A DNA stretch of 61,501 nucleotides from Lachnospirales bacterium (GTDB lineage: Bacteria; Bacillota; Clostridia; Lachnospirales; CAMZNU01), in the NCBI GenBank assembly GCA_047974615.1, contig JBKECM010000159.1:1-61501 (forward strand). The letters run 5' to 3'. The notes beneath the pieces are model-generated. The model was not told where the DNA came from, did no database searches, and worked only from the letters and a program-made list of their open reading frames with translations. The stretch's first letter is position 1; each line of letters starts with the position of its first letter. Positions 51,167 through 61,501 of the stretch are shown in pieces. A program made the position numbers and the translations under genes.

Positions 51167-53731
51167 ATGGGTTTTATAGAAAAAATATTTGGTAGTTATT
51201 CAGAAAAGGAAATTAAAAAGATTATGCCTTTAGTTCAAAAGGTTGATGACCTTGAGCCTGTTTTTGAAAAACTGTCCGATGATGAGTTAAGAGCGAAAAC
51301 TCTTGAGTTTAAAGAAAGATATAAAAATGGCGAAACATTAGATCAGCTTTTACCTGAAGCTTTTGCAAATGTGCGTGAAGGTGCAAAACGTGTATATGGT
51401 ATGCGTCATTATACAGTACAGCTTTTAGGTGGTATCATACTACATCAAGGGCGTATTTCTGAGATGAAAACAGGTGAAGGTAAAACTTTAGTTTCAACGT
51501 TACCTGCATACCTTAATGCTTTAACTTGTGAAGGTGTTCATATCGTTACAGTAAACGATTACTTAGCAAAGCGTGATGCTGAATGGATGGGTAAAATTCA
51601 CCAGTTTTTAGGCTTGACTGTTGGTGTTGTTGTTAATAGTATGGACGAAATACAAAGACAAGAAGCATATAACTGTGATATAACATATGCTACAAATAAT
51701 GAGCTTGGTTTTGACTATTTAAGAGATAATATGGTTGTTTATAAGAAAAATACGGTTCAACGTAACCTTGTTTATGCAATCATTGACGAGGTTGACTCCG
51801 TTCTTATAGATGAGGCACGTACACCTCTTATTATTTCTGGTGGTGGTCGCGAAGTAAGTTCCCTTTATAAATCTGCTAACGCTTTTGTTAGAACTTTAAT
51901 CGCTGGTAAAATCGTAAACGAACGTGAAGCTTTAAACCCTATGATGAGAGAAGAACTTCAAGAAGAAGGCGACTATGTTAACGATGAAAAGGGTAAAAGC
52001 GTTACTTTAACTCAAGAAGGTATCGAAAAGGCAGAAAGATATTTTAAAGTGGAAAACTTATCTGATCCTGATAATATAGACTTACAACATTATATTCAAA
52101 ATGCATTAAGAGCAAACTATGGTATGCACCTTGATCAAGACTATGTTGTACAAGATGGAGAAATCGTTATCGTTGACGAGTTTACAGGTCGTTTAATGCC
52201 TGGTCGTAGATATTCAAACGGTTTACATCAAGCTATTGAGTCTAAGGAAGATGTAGAAGTAAAAAGAGAAAGTAAAACTTTGGCTACTGTTACTTTCCAA
52301 AACTATTTTAATAAATATAAGAAAAAAGCTGGTATGACTGGTACTGCTAAAACTGAAGAATCAGAGTTCCGTGAAATCTATGGAATGGACGTTATAGAAA
52401 TACCTACTAATTTACCTATTTCTCGTATTGATAACTCAGATAAAGTTTACCAAACTAATGAGGCTAAGTTTAGAGCTATTATAGATGAAGTTAAAGCATC
52501 TAGTGATATAGGACAACCAGTTTTAATTGGTACTACTACTATTGAAATGAGTGAGGCTTTATCTACTGCTATTAAAAAAGTGGGTATCAAACATAACGTA
52601 TTAAATGCTAAGTACCATGAGCAAGAGGCTGAAATCGTTGCCGATGCCGGTAAAAAAGGTGCTGTTACTATAGCTACAAATATGGCTGGTCGTGGTACAG
52701 ACATTAAACTTGGTGAAGGCGTTAAAGAACTTGGTGGTTTAAAAATCATTGGTACTGAAAGACATGAATCACGTCGTATAGATAACCAATTACGTGGACG
52801 TTCTGGACGTCAAGGCGACGTAGGTGAAAGTACTTTCTACTTATCTCTTGATGACAACCTTTTACGTTTATTTATTCCTGAAAGAATTAAAACTACACTG
52901 CAAGCTACTGGGCTTGACGAAAATGAAGCTATCGTAAACGGTGCTTTAACTAAGGCTATTGAAAATGCTCAAAAACGTGTAGAAGGTAATAACTTTAATG
53001 TACGTAAACATTTATTAGACTATGACAGAATAATGAATGAACAACGTGAAGTTATATATGGTGAGCGTAACAGAGTACTTAATGGTGAAGACTTAAAAGA
53101 GCACTTACTTGAAATGTATAGAACTATCATTGAGGAAGATACTATTAAGTATACTGGAGAGTCTAACTATCCTGAAGAATGGGATCTTGAAGGTTTAAAT
53201 AACCACTTTAGACCTATGTTTAATAAAGACATTTTAAATCTTGAAGGTGACGAGTACTTAAAACTTAATAAAGAAACCTTAAAAGAACTTATAAATACTG
53301 CTGGTGTAGAGATATATGAAGCAAGAGCAAATGAAACTACTCCTGAAATTATGCGTGAAATCGAACGTTCTTTATTATTACGTGTTATCGATAGTAAATG
53401 GATGGAGCATCTTGATGAAATGCAAATTTTACGTCAAACTGTAAGTTTACGTGCATATGGACAAAAAGATCCTTTAACAGAATATAAGTTTGCAAGTTAT
53501 GATATGTTTGAAGAACTTATTTATAACATTAAGTGGGACACTATGAAGGCTCTACTTAACTTAAAAGATAGAAGTAAAACTATCGAGCGTGAACAAGTTG
53601 CTAAGGTTACTTATACTAATAAACAAGCTACACCTAACCAAGTTGCAAAGGCTAAAAAAATCGGTAGAAATGATCCTTGCCCTTGTGGTAGCGGTAAAAA
53701 ATATAAAAACTGTTGTGATGTAAGAGCTTAA
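51167..53731 (+). CDS. secA: Preprotein translocase ATPase SecA
   Basis: MKTGEGKTL Walker [20 protein letters not shown], and the C-terminal zinc tail [18 protein letters not shown]. Confidence 0.98.
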   Translation: MGFIEKIFGSYSEKEIKKIMPLVQKVDDLEPVFEKLSDDELRAKTLEFKERYKNGETLDQLLPEAFANVREGAKRVYGMRHYTVQLLGGIILHQGRISEMKTGEGKTLVSTLPAYLNALTCEGVHIVTVNDYLAKRDAEWMGKIHQFLGLTVGVVVNSMDEIQRQEAYNCDITYATNNELGFDYLRDNMVVYKKNTVQRNLVYAIIDEVDSVLIDEARTPLIISGGGREVSSLYKSANAFVRTLIAGKIVNEREALNPMMREELQEEGDYVNDEKGKSVTLTQEGIEKAERYFKVENLSDPDNIDLQHYIQNALRANYGMHLDQDYVVQDGEIVIVDEFTGRLMPGRRYSNGLHQAIESKEDVEVKRESKTLATVTFQNYFNKYKKKAGMTGTAKTEESEFREIYGMDVIEIPTNLPISRIDNSDKVYQTNEAKFRAIIDEVKASSDIGQPVLIGTTTIEMSEALSTAIKKVGIKHNVLNAKYHEQEAEIVADAGKKGAVTIATNMAGRGTDIKLGEGVKELGGLKIIGTERHESRRIDNQLRGRSGRQGDVGESTFYLSLDDNLLRLFIPERIKTTLQATGLDENEAIVNGALTKAIENAQKRVEGNNFNVRKHLLDYDRIMNEQREVIYGERNRVLNGEDLKEHLLEMYRTIIEEDTIKYTGESNYPEEWDLEGLNNHFRPMFNKDILNLEGDEYLKLNKETLKELINTAGVEIYEARANETTPEIMREIERSLLLRVIDSKWMEHLDEMQILRQTVSLRAYGQKDPLTEYKFASYDMFEELIYNIKWDTMKALLNLKDRSKTIEREQVAKVTYTNKQATPNQVAKAKKIGRNDPCPCGSGKKYKNCCDVRA

Positions 53732-53759
53732 GTTTTAAGTCCTACAGTTTAAACTTTGT

Positions 53760-53785
53760 TAAGAGTAGGGTAAATCCTACTCTTA
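53760..53785 (+). terminator. Hairpin after secA with no clear T-run
   Basis: taagagtagg gtaaat cctactctta. Confidence 0.4.
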
Positions 53786-53858
53786 ACTTGTATTTGTAGA
53801 TAAGAGGTTTTATAATATTATTTTATAAAAAGACTTTATAATATTTAAAGAGGTAAGT

Positions 53859-54968
53859 ATGATAGTACTTGAAGAATTACTACTAGAAGTTAAAAAATAC
53901 GAAAGTTTACTTATTGAACTTAAAGAACTTTGTAAAATAGAAAGTTATGAAGAAGAACTTAAAGAAAAAGAAAGACATATGGCTTTTGATGATTTTTGGA
54001 ATGATATAGAAAATAGTCAAAAAATTATGCAAGAAGTTAAAAACTTAAGGGATAAAATTTCCTTATTTACAGAAGTTGAAGGCTACTATGAAGAAACTGT
54101 AGTTATGATAGAAATGGCTTTAGAAGAAAAAGAAGAAGATTTAATAATAGAGTGTAAAGAACTCTATGAAACTTTTTTAACACAATATAATAAAGTTAAC
54201 TTGTCAAGTTTATATATAGGTGAGTATGATGATGCTAATGCTATTATAACTATACATGCAGGTGCTGGTGGAACAGAAAGCTGTGACTGGGTATCTATTC
54301 TTTTTAGAATGTATAGTCGCTATGCTCAAAAAAATGGTTTCAAAGTTAGTATACTAGACAAACTTGACGGTGATGAGGCTGGTATAAAATCAGTAACTTT
54401 AGAGGTGTCAGGAGATTTTTCCTATGGCAACCTTAAAGGTGAAAAGGGCGTTCATAGACTTGTTAGAATTTCGCCTTTTGATAGCTCAGGTCGCCGTCAT
54501 ACCTCTTTTGCTTCCGTTGATGTTATGCCTGTTATTGAAGATGATGGTGTTATAGAAATCAATAATGAAGACTTAAGAATAGATACTTATAGAGCATCTG
54601 GTGCTGGTGGGCAACATATTAATACTACAGATAGTGCTATACGTATTACCCATTTGCCGACAAACATTGTTGTGCAATGTCAAAATGAACGTTCTCAACA
54701 TAAAAACAAAGATATGGCTATGAAGATGTTAAAAGCTAAACTTTTTGAAAATCAAGAACTTGAAAGAAAAGAAAAATTGAAAGATATACGTGGGGAAGTT
54801 ATGCAAAATGCTTTCGGTTCTCAAACACGTTCTTATGTTTTTCACCCTTATAACTTAGTAAAAGACCATATAACTTTAGAAGAAACGGGAAACATAAATA
54901 GTGTTATAGACGGGGATTTAGATAAGTTTATATTAAGCTACTTAAAATGGTTAAATACTATGGAGTAG
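53859..54968 (+). CDS. prfB: Peptide chain release factor 2, encoded in a single frame with no programmed +1 frameshift
   Basis: SPF tripeptide (RISPFDSSGRRHTSF) and GGQ (SGAGGQHINTTDSA). The ORF is uninterrupted from an ATG with an AAGAGGT SD. Confidence 0.95.
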   Translation: MIVLEELLLEVKKYESLLIELKELCKIESYEEELKEKERHMAFDDFWNDIENSQKIMQEVKNLRDKISLFTEVEGYYEETVVMIEMALEEKEEDLIIECKELYETFLTQYNKVNLSSLYIGEYDDANAIITIHAGAGGTESCDWVSILFRMYSRYAQKNGFKVSILDKLDGDEAGIKSVTLEVSGDFSYGNLKGEKGVHRLVRISPFDSSGRRHTSFASVDVMPVIEDDGVIEINNEDLRIDTYRASGAGGQHINTTDSAIRITHLPTNIVVQCQNERSQHKNKDMAMKMLKAKLFENQELERKEKLKDIRGEVMQNAFGSQTRSYVFHPYNLVKDHITLEETGNINSVIDGDLDKFILSYLKWLNTME

Positions 54969-54978
54969 GAGTATTTTT

Positions 54979-57900
54979 ATGGAAAAAAAACTTACGCTAG
55001 AACAACAACAAGCTATAGACATAAAAAATAGAGAAGTTATCGTGTCTGCTGGTGCTGGTGCTGGTAAAACTTCTGTGCTTGTGGATAGAGTTATAAAAAA
55101 AATAATAAATGAAGATGAAAAGGTTAAAATCGATGAAATATTGATTGTAACCTTTACTTCTGATGCAAGTAAAGTAATGAAAGATAGAATATATACTGCT
55201 TTAAATAAGGAGTTAGCTAAAAGTCCTAATAATGAATGGATTTTACGTCAGATTTTTACTTTAAATAAAGCTAATATATCTACTATTCATGGCTTTTGTC
55301 AAAAGGTTATAGAAAAAAATATAAACTTATTAAATATTGACCCTAAGTTTCGTGTGGCAGGAACGGAAGAAATCGAACTTATTAAAGATGAAGTGTTTAA
55401 TGAAGTTATCGAAAAGTTTTATAGTGAGGCAGAAAAAAATAAAAATGATTTTTATGCCTTAGTAAATTGCTTGGTTACTAAAGTTACGGATATTTCTTTT
55501 AAAAATATGTTTTTCGATATATATGATAAGGCTTTAAATAATCCATATCCTTTAGAATATATTGAAAATTCTGTTAGTGATTACGAATTTAAAGATTTTA
55601 ATGATTTTTTAAATTCAAGTACATTTAAAATATATAAAACATCTCTTTTTAATATTTTAAAAGAAAAAGAAAAACTTGAAGAAAAGTATAGGTCAATATT
55701 TTTAGGTGTAGATAACGTAAAAATACAGGAGGTATATTCATATTTTAAAGGTGATGAATATACTAATTTTTATGAGAGTTATGAAAATTTATATGAAGAT
55801 AACTATATAGAGTTTTTAAATAAATTTTTATATTTAGGTGCTTTTGAAAGCATAATTAGTCGTAAGGCAATACCTGATGAGTATTTAAAGGCTGAATACG
55901 ATGCTTTTATGAAAAAACGTAAAGAGTTAAAGAGCAAAATTGATGATTACTTAGAAGACATAGTTTTTCTAAAAAGTCAGCCGAATAACATTTTAGAAAT
56001 TTATGAAAAAATGTTTACTTATATGAAAGAGTTTAAAAGCTTTTTTATCTCTTTTCATACAAGTTTTAAAGATAGAAAAGCTTTAAATAAAGTTATAGAC
56101 TATTCTGATATGGAGCATTTTACAATAGAATTACTTGTAGAAAAAGAAGATAATATGCTTATACCTACAAAAGCTTGCGAATACTATAATAAAAAATATA
56201 AAGAAGTTATCGTTGATGAGTATCAAGATTGTAATGATATACAAGAGCTTATTTTTCAAAGTATATCTTTAGGTGGAAAAAATATGTATATGGTTGGTGA
56301 TGTAAAGCAAAGCATATATAAGTTTCGTGGTGCAAAACCTAACATATTTATTTCTAAACTAAAGGGAGATAATGGGCGTCTTGTTATTAACTTAAATAAA
56401 AATTTTCGTTCTAAAAAAAATATTTTAGACTTTGCAAATCAAGTATTTAATGTTGTAATGAAAGAAAAAAGTAGTAGTATAAACTATGATGAAAACCACA
56501 TACTTGAACTTGGTAAACTTTCAGATGAAGAAGGCGTAGTGGAAGTTTTAGTCGGTGAAATAAATAGTGATTTAACCTTTGATATAATCGAAAAAGGGAA
56601 AAATATTTTTAATGATTTACCTAACTGTGAGAGTTTTTCACAAAGTTTAATTAAAGAAAATGAAGCCTTTGGTTTTTTTAACTTAAAAGAATGTTATGAA
56701 AACATTTTACATATTCTTGAAAATGATAATATATCTTTTCAAGAAGCTTTTGTTAAAAACTTTAAACAAAATATAGATGATACTTTTGAAGGTGATATCA
56801 TATCAAATAAAATACTTGAACTTATGGAAACTAAGGGGTATAACTATAGTGATTTCGCTATTTTATTACGTTCAAAAAGTAGTATAAAAAATATAACAAA
56901 GTCTTTAGAAAGCCATAATATACCTTATTTAGCTAATGAAAAGGAAAATATTTTTGCTTCATATGAAGTTTTAAGTGTTACTAATTATTTAAAGATTATT
57001 GACAATAAATTTCAAGATATACCTTTAGTTTTTGTATTAAAGCTACCTATTTACAATTTCTTAGAAGATGAACTTTTAACTTTAAAAAAATATAATCATA
57101 AATATTTTTTTGAAAATATTGAAAGTTATTTTTTTGAAAAAGCAGGTGTAAGCTTTTATGACGATATAGATAAAGAATACAACATTAAAGATGAGTTATT
57201 TAGAAAAGTAAGTTTGTTTTTAAAAGATTATATATATTTTAAAAATCTGTATAAAAAATTAAGCATATCTGATTTTATACTTAATTATATAAATAAAACG
57301 AACCTTAATTTTTACCTTCAATGTTTTGATAAAGGTGCTGTTAAAAACGGTAACTTATACATACTTGTTGATTATGCAAAAGATTTTGAAAATACAAGTT
57401 TTTCCTCAGTTTTTAATTTTGTAAAATTTATCGAAAAACAAGAAAAAAACGTAGGTAGTGATGTAAAGGGTGCAAGTCTTTCAACGGTTAGTAACAAAGT
57501 TAATATTATGACTATACATGGCTCTAAAGGCTTGGAATTTAAGGTAGTTTTTTTAGGTCAAATAAATAAGCAATTCAACAAGATGGATATGCGAAAAAGA
57601 TATATAGTTGATAAAAAATTTGCCTTTAAATATAAAGATTTAGAAAAAAAATATGTATATGAGCCCTTACATTTTAAAGGTATAAAAGAAGATATGACCT
57701 TTGAACTTTTGGCAGAAGAAATTAGAGTTTTATATGTAGCTTTAACTCGTGCAGAAGAAAAGCTGTATATTACTTTTTGTGACAAAAGCTATGAAAAATC
57801 GGTGGGAAAATGGGAAGATTTATATGAAAGTTTTTTAGATGAAGATTTCTCAAAAATTAACTCTTATAGTGACCTCATTATGCCTATAGCTATAAAAAAA

Positions 57901-58674
57901 TATAGTAATAATACCTTTAATTATAAAATTTTAAAACAGAAAGATTTTATTTTAGAAAATAAAATGGAGGATATTTCATATTCTTTAGAAGATTATTTTT
58001 TTGAGTATAATGGGTTTAAAGATGAAATACCTATTGAGATATCTGTGACAAAACTTTTAAATCTTGAAGAACGAAAGTTTTTTTTAAACAAAGAGGAAGA
58101 AGATATAAGTCAAGGTTTGCGAAAAACACTTTCTTTTAAAAAGCCTGACTATCTTGAAAAAAATTATGTTATAAAGGGTATGGAGTTTGGAACTTTAATA
58201 CACAAAATATTTTGGCTTATTCCTTTTACGAAGGAACATACTTTAGATGATATTGAATGTTTGTTTAAAGGCTTTAAAGAAAAGGGTATTATTACAAATA
58301 TTGAGTATGACTGTTTATGTGAAAACATAAACATATTTGTATCTTTTTTTGAAAAAGAAACATATCAAGAAATATTACAAGCAAGTCAAGTTTATAAGGA
58401 AAAGTTTTTTGCTTCATTGTATAATGTAAATATACTTTATGAAGAGATCATAGATGAAAGTTTTTTGTTAAAAGGTGTGATAGATTTAATGTATGTCAAA
58501 AATGAAAAAATATATATACTTGACTATAAAACTGATACAGATAAAGAAATTCATTTTGAAAAATATAAAAGACAATTATCAAGATACAAAGAAGTTATAG
58601 AAAAAGTTTTTGATAAAGAGGTTGAAGCTATGTACATATATTTTACCTCATATAGTGAAGTAATTAAGCTTTAA
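54979..58674 (+). CDS. addA: Helicase-nuclease AddAB/RexAB, subunit A (UvrD-like helicase plus C-terminal PD-(D/E)xK nuclease)
   Basis: SAGAGAGKTSVL Walker A, VDEYQD, TIHGSKGLEF, LYVALTRAEEKLY, and the C-terminal nuclease GVIDLMY...ILDYKTD. It begins 10 nt after prfB. Confidence 0.85.
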   Translation: MEKKLTLEQQQAIDIKNREVIVSAGAGAGKTSVLVDRVIKKIINEDEKVKIDEILIVTFTSDASKVMKDRIYTALNKELAKSPNNEWILRQIFTLNKANISTIHGFCQKVIEKNINLLNIDPKFRVAGTEEIELIKDEVFNEVIEKFYSEAEKNKNDFYALVNCLVTKVTDISFKNMFFDIYDKALNNPYPLEYIENSVSDYEFKDFNDFLNSSTFKIYKTSLFNILKEKEKLEEKYRSIFLGVDNVKIQEVYSYFKGDEYTNFYESYENLYEDNYIEFLNKFLYLGAFESIISRKAIPDEYLKAEYDAFMKKRKELKSKIDDYLEDIVFLKSQPNNILEIYEKMFTYMKEFKSFFISFHTSFKDRKALNKVIDYSDMEHFTIELLVEKEDNMLIPTKACEYYNKKYKEVIVDEYQDCNDIQELIFQSISLGGKNMYMVGDVKQSIYKFRGAKPNIFISKLKGDNGRLVINLNKNFRSKKNILDFANQVFNVVMKEKSSSINYDENHILELGKLSDEEGVVEVLVGEINSDLTFDIIEKGKNIFNDLPNCESFSQSLIKENEAFGFFNLKECYENILHILENDNISFQEAFVKNFKQNIDDTFEGDIISNKILELMETKGYNYSDFAILLRSKSSIKNITKSLESHNIPYLANEKENIFASYEVLSVTNYLKIIDNKFQDIPLVFVLKLPIYNFLEDELLTLKKYNHKYFFENIESYFFEKAGVSFYDDIDKEYNIKDELFRKVSLFLKDYIYFKNLYKKLSISDFILNYINKTNLNFYLQCFDKGAVKNGNLYILVDYAKDFENTSFSSVFNFVKFIEKQEKNVGSDVKGASLSTVSNKVNIMTIHGSKGLEFKVVFLGQINKQFNKMDMRKRYIVDKKFAFKYKDLEKKYVYEPLHFKGIKEDMTFELLAEEIRVLYVALTRAEEKLYITFCDKSYEKSVGKWEDLYESFLDEDFSKINSYSDLIMPIAIKKYSNNTFNYKILKQKDFILENKMEDISYSLEDYFFEYNGFKDEIPIEISVTKLLNLEERKFFLNKEEEDISQGLRKTLSFKKPDYLEKNYVIKGMEFGTLIHKIFWLIPFTKEHTLDDIECLFKGFKEKGIITNIEYDCLCENINIFVSFFEKETYQEILQASQVYKEKFFASLYNVNILYEEIIDESFLLKGVIDLMYVKNEKIYILDYKTDTDKEIHFEKYKRQLSRYKEVIEKVFDKEVEAMYIYFTSYSEVIKL

Positions 58675-58677
58675 AAC

Positions 58678-58705
58678 TTGACATATCTTAAAAAGTATGT
58701 ATAAT
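58678..58705 (+). promoter_or_regulatory. Consensus-like sigma-A promoter of the T-box leader (TTGACA-16-TATAAT)
   Basis: TTGACA at 58678-58683 and TATAAT at 58700-58705. Confidence 0.6.
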
Positions 58706-58723
58706 ATATATAAATAGCTTTGA

Positions 58724-58941
58724 TAAGAAATAGTAGTAACTGTCATATTTTTCAGAGAACCTTTGTTTGGTGCAAAAAGGTAATTATGCTGTTATGAACT
58801 CGTCTTTGAGCTTTAGGGTGAACTTATAGTAGTCCTAACGTGTGCTTTACGTTATAAAAGCCTTAAGGTAAAGATTTTTTCTTTATAAAAAAGAGTGGTA
58901 CAGTGATTTAATCGCCTCTTGCGTATGCAAGGGGCTTTTTT
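58724..58941 (+). promoter_or_regulatory. T-box riboswitch leader with a CUC (Leu) specifier, ending in an intrinsic terminator
   Basis: Stem I has GA/K-turn-like sequences at its base (agctttGAtaag ... ctttGAgct), an AGAGA motif (tcAGAGAac), the distal loop GGTGCAA, and the specifier loop tatGAA-CTC-G (CTC at 58799-58801). An F-box-like CGTTA follows. The T-box sequence AAGAGTGGTACAGTG is at 58891-58905. The terminator is gcctcttgc gtat gcaaggggc followed by tttttt (58914-58941). Confidence 0.8.
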
Positions 58942-58965
58942 AATGAAGGGTTAGTAATTAAATAT

Positions 58966-60003
58966 ATGGAGATTTTAGCATATTTTTTAATAATATTTGC
59001 AAGTGCATATATAGGCGTTATTGTTACTTTTATTTTGTCAATAATAATACACGAAAGTGGACATTTGATTTTTGGTTTAACAAGTAAATATAAATTTGTA
59101 TCCTTTAGAATATTAAATATTATGATTATAAAAAGGAATGAAAAATTCAGTATTAAAAGATACAATATAGCTGGTACAGGTGGGCAATGTATTATGGAGC
59201 CAATGGACATAATAGATGGTAAATTTCCTGTTATTTTATACAACATTGGTGGTTCTTTATTAAACTTTATTTTTGCTATTATTTTTCTAATACTATATTT
59301 TATTTTTAAGGACACGAGTATACTTAAATATTTTTTATCAGCTTTTGTTTTTTGGAACTTTTTTTCTGGACTACTTAACATTATACCTTTTAAAACTAAG
59401 CTAATTAGTAATGATGGTAAAAATTTAGTAGAAATTTTAAAAAATCGAGAGGCTTTTATATCATTTTGGAGAGCCTTAAAAATTATATCATTACAAAGTA
59501 AGGGCATAAATATGATAGATATGCCGAAGGAATTATTTGAAAAGCCAAAGGCAGAAGGTTTGCAAAATTGTATTATTGCTTCAGATAGCTATTTTTACGC
59601 ATTGAGATTACAAAGTGAAGGAAAATTTCTTGAGATGAAAGAATATATAGAAGAAGTTTTATCTATAGATAGTAAGCTTAATGGAATATATATTTCTTTA
59701 TTAAAATCTGAACTTATTTACTGTAAGCTTCTACTTAACGATGTAGAAGATATAGAAAATATCATTGATAATAAACAAAAAGCTTTTTTTAAGCAAATGA
59801 AAAGTGAGTTAGCTATCATACGGACACAATATCTTTTAGCTTTATATTATTATAAGGATAAAATAGATGCAGAAAAGTTCCTTAATAGTTTTAATAAATA
59901 TAGTAAAAATTATCCTTTTGAAAATCTTATAGAGGAAGAAAAGGAACTAATAAATAAAGTTGAAAATTTTTATGAAAATACTTATTTAGAAAAAAATATG
60001 TAA
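58966..60003 (+). CDS. Membrane zinc metallopeptidase-like protein (M50B / site-2-protease-like N-terminal domain, helical TPR-like C-terminal domain)
   Basis: HExxH in the first TM (IIIHESGHLIFGL) and, in a later TM, NIIPFKTKLISNDG (NxxP...DG-like). The C-terminal ~170 aa are soluble and helical. Its SD is weak. The antisense ORF 58908..59507 is judged spurious. Confidence 0.6.
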   Translation: MEILAYFLIIFASAYIGVIVTFILSIIIHESGHLIFGLTSKYKFVSFRILNIMIIKRNEKFSIKRYNIAGTGGQCIMEPMDIIDGKFPVILYNIGGSLLNFIFAIIFLILYFIFKDTSILKYFLSAFVFWNFFSGLLNIIPFKTKLISNDGKNLVEILKNREAFISFWRALKIISLQSKGINMIDMPKELFEKPKAEGLQNCIIASDSYFYALRLQSEGKFLEMKEYIEEVLSIDSKLNGIYISLLKSELIYCKLLLNDVEDIENIIDNKQKAFFKQMKSELAIIRTQYLLALYYYKDKIDAEKFLNSFNKYSKNYPFENLIEEEKELINKVENFYENTYLEKNM

Positions 60004-60020
60004 ATCAATAGGAGGTTATT

Positions 60021-61501
60021 ATGAAATACGAATTTAATGTAATTGAAAAAAAATGGGCGAAATATTGGGAAGAAAACAATATAAATCCATATGATGACAA
60101 AAAACCGACATACTACTGTCTTGATATGTTCCCATATCCTTCGGGTTCTGGTATACACGTAGGTCACTGGAGAGGTTATGTTTTATCTGATGTTATAGCT
60201 AGATATAAGTTACTTGAAGGTTATCAAGTACTTCACCCTATGGGTTGGGACGCTTTTGGCTTGCCTGCTGAAAACCATGCAATAAAAGAAGGAGTACACC
60301 CAAAAATCGTAACAGAGGCTTCTGTTAAAAATTTTAAAAGACAACTTAAAGAAATAGCTACTATATATGACTGGGATAGAGAAATAAACACTACAGACCC
60401 TGATTATTACAAGTGGACACAATGGATATTTATACAAATGTTTAATCAAGGTTTAGCTTATGAAAAAGAAATGCCTCTTAACTGGTGTGACTCTTGTAAA
60501 TGTGTTCTTGCTAATGAGGAAGCTACAAACGGCGAATGTGAACGTTGTGGTAGTACTGTAACAAAGAAAAATTTACGTCAATGGATGTTAAAAATTACTG
60601 CTTATGCAGATAGACTTTTAGATGATTTAGAAGATTTAAATTGGCCTGAAAAGGTTAAGAAAATGCAAAGTGACTGGATAGGTAAAAGCTATGGTGCTGA
60701 AATCGACTTTAATGTAGATGGAACAGGAGAAAAGCTTACAGTTTATACTACTCGTCCAGATACATTATTCGGTGCTACTTTTATGGTTATATCACCAGAA
60801 CATAAGCTTGCTAAAGAAATAACGACAACGGAGCAAATGCCTGAAGTTGAGGATTATATTTTTAAAGCAAGTACAAAGTCAAACGTTGACCGTATGCAGT
60901 CTAAAGAAAAAACAGGTGCATTTACAGGTCGTTATGGCCTAAACCCTATAAACAACGAACTTGTTCCCATATGGATATCTGACTACGTTTTAGCTGACTA
61001 TGGTACTGGTGCTATTATGTGTGTACCTGCACATGATGACCGTGACTTTGAATTTGCCACAAAATTTGAAATTAAAATTACTCCTGTTATAAAAGGTGAA
61101 GGCGTTGAATTACCTTTAAAAGAAGCTTATACTGGTGAAGGTGTTATGATTAACTCTGGTGCTTTTGATGGTCAAACTTCTAAAGAAGCACGTGAAACTA
61201 TACCTAGCTATATAGAAAAAAATAATATAGGTAAAAAGACAGTTAACTATAAGTTACGTGACTGGGTATTTTCTCGTCAAAGATATTGGGGTGAGCCTAT
61301 TCCTTTAATTCATTGTGAAAAATGTGGGACTGTTCCTGTTCCAGAAAAAGACTTACCTGTTCTTTTACCAGATGTTGAAAAGTATGAGCCAACTTCTACT
61401 GGTGAGTCACCACTTGCAGGTATAGATGAATGGGTTAACACTACTTGTCCAACTTGTGGTGGACACGCAAAACGTGAAACTAATACTATGCCACAATGGG
61501 C
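60021..61501 (+). CDS. leuS: Leucyl-tRNA synthetase (partial; continues past the window end)
   Basis: My own translation: MKYEFNVIEKKWAKYWEENN...CLDMFPYPSGSGIHVGHWRGY (HIGH-type motif) and the Zn-binding CDSC...CERCG. AGGAGG lies 6 nt upstream of the ATG. It is not in the ORF track because it is open at the window end. Confidence 0.95.
   Translation, partial: MKYEFNVIEKKWAKYWEENNINPYDDKKPTYYCLDMFPYPSGSGIHVGHWRGYVLSDVIARYKLLEGYQVLHPMGWDAFGLPAENHAIKEGVHPKIVTEASVKNFKRQLKEIATIYDWDREINTTDPDYYKWTQWIFIQMFNQGLAYEKEMPLNWCDSCKCVLANEEATNGECERCGSTVTKKNLRQWMLKITAYADRLLDDLEDLNWPEKVKKMQSDWIGKSYGAEIDFNVDGTGEKLTVYTTRPDTLFGATFMVISPEHKLAKEITTTEQMPEVEDYIFKASTKSNVDRMQSKEKTGAFTGRYGLNPINNELVPIWISDYVLADYGTGAIMCVPAHDDRDFEFATKFEIKITPVIKGEGVELPLKEAYTGEGVMINSGAFDGQTSKEARETIPSYIEKNNIGKKTVNYKLRDWVFSRQRYWGEPIPLIHCEKCGTVPVPEKDLPVLLPDVEKYEPTSTGESPLAGIDEWVNTTCPTCGGHAKRETNTMPQW

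Noticed and set aside
58908-59507. Minus-strand 199-aa ORF opposite the M50B-like gene
   Set aside because: It would begin inside the T-box terminator region and run antisense. The plus-strand ORF carries an HExxH motif within a TM helix and is followed in operon fashion by leuS.

Overview
AT-rich chromosomal window from a low-GC Bacillota (Clostridia-like) genome. It is almost entirely housekeeping, and I found no mobile elements, CRISPR arrays, tRNA/rRNA genes or recognisable defence island. Gene content in order: a truncated dcw block (murE-mraY-murD-ftsW) running directly into smc; a three-gene islet of poorly characterised genes (Spo0A-C-domain protein, short cis-prenyltransferase, small membrane protein); addB, a B12/radical-SAM gene and nth; fur divergent from feoA-feoB; ppx-ppk; the complete F1Fo ATP synthase operon (atpZ-I-B-E-F-H-A-G-D-C); an LCP gene, a SEC-C protein, sua5, rpiB, upp and a TagO-like gene; yjfB; hflX; dnaG-sigA; ytvI; a NUDIX gene; folT; rplJ-rplL; pfk; a GH2 glycosidase; a UPF0597 gene; secA-prfB-addA; and a Leu T-box leader followed by an M50B-like peptidase and leuS. 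No clearly novel multi-gene system was found. The observations most worth a second look are: (1) smc is colinear with canonical SMC but has three in-frame TAA codons within 123 nt, while about 469 downstream codons stay open. (2) feoB is split by one in-frame TGA inside the conserved LED-S-GYMAR motif. (3) An orphan Spo0A DNA-binding-domain protein has two perfect TGTCGAA (0A-box) heptamers upstream of its own promoter. (4) The Leu (CUC) T-box controls an M50B-like membrane metallopeptidase inserted ahead of leuS. (5) Several very conserved syntenies are broken: addB and addA are 40 kb apart, rplJL sits without rplKA or rpoBC, and the dcw block lacks murF/murG/ftsZ. (6) The ATP synthase c subunit carries a Na+-binding signature. 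Everything rests on reading the sequence and ORF translations by eye and on remembered family motifs; no searches were run.
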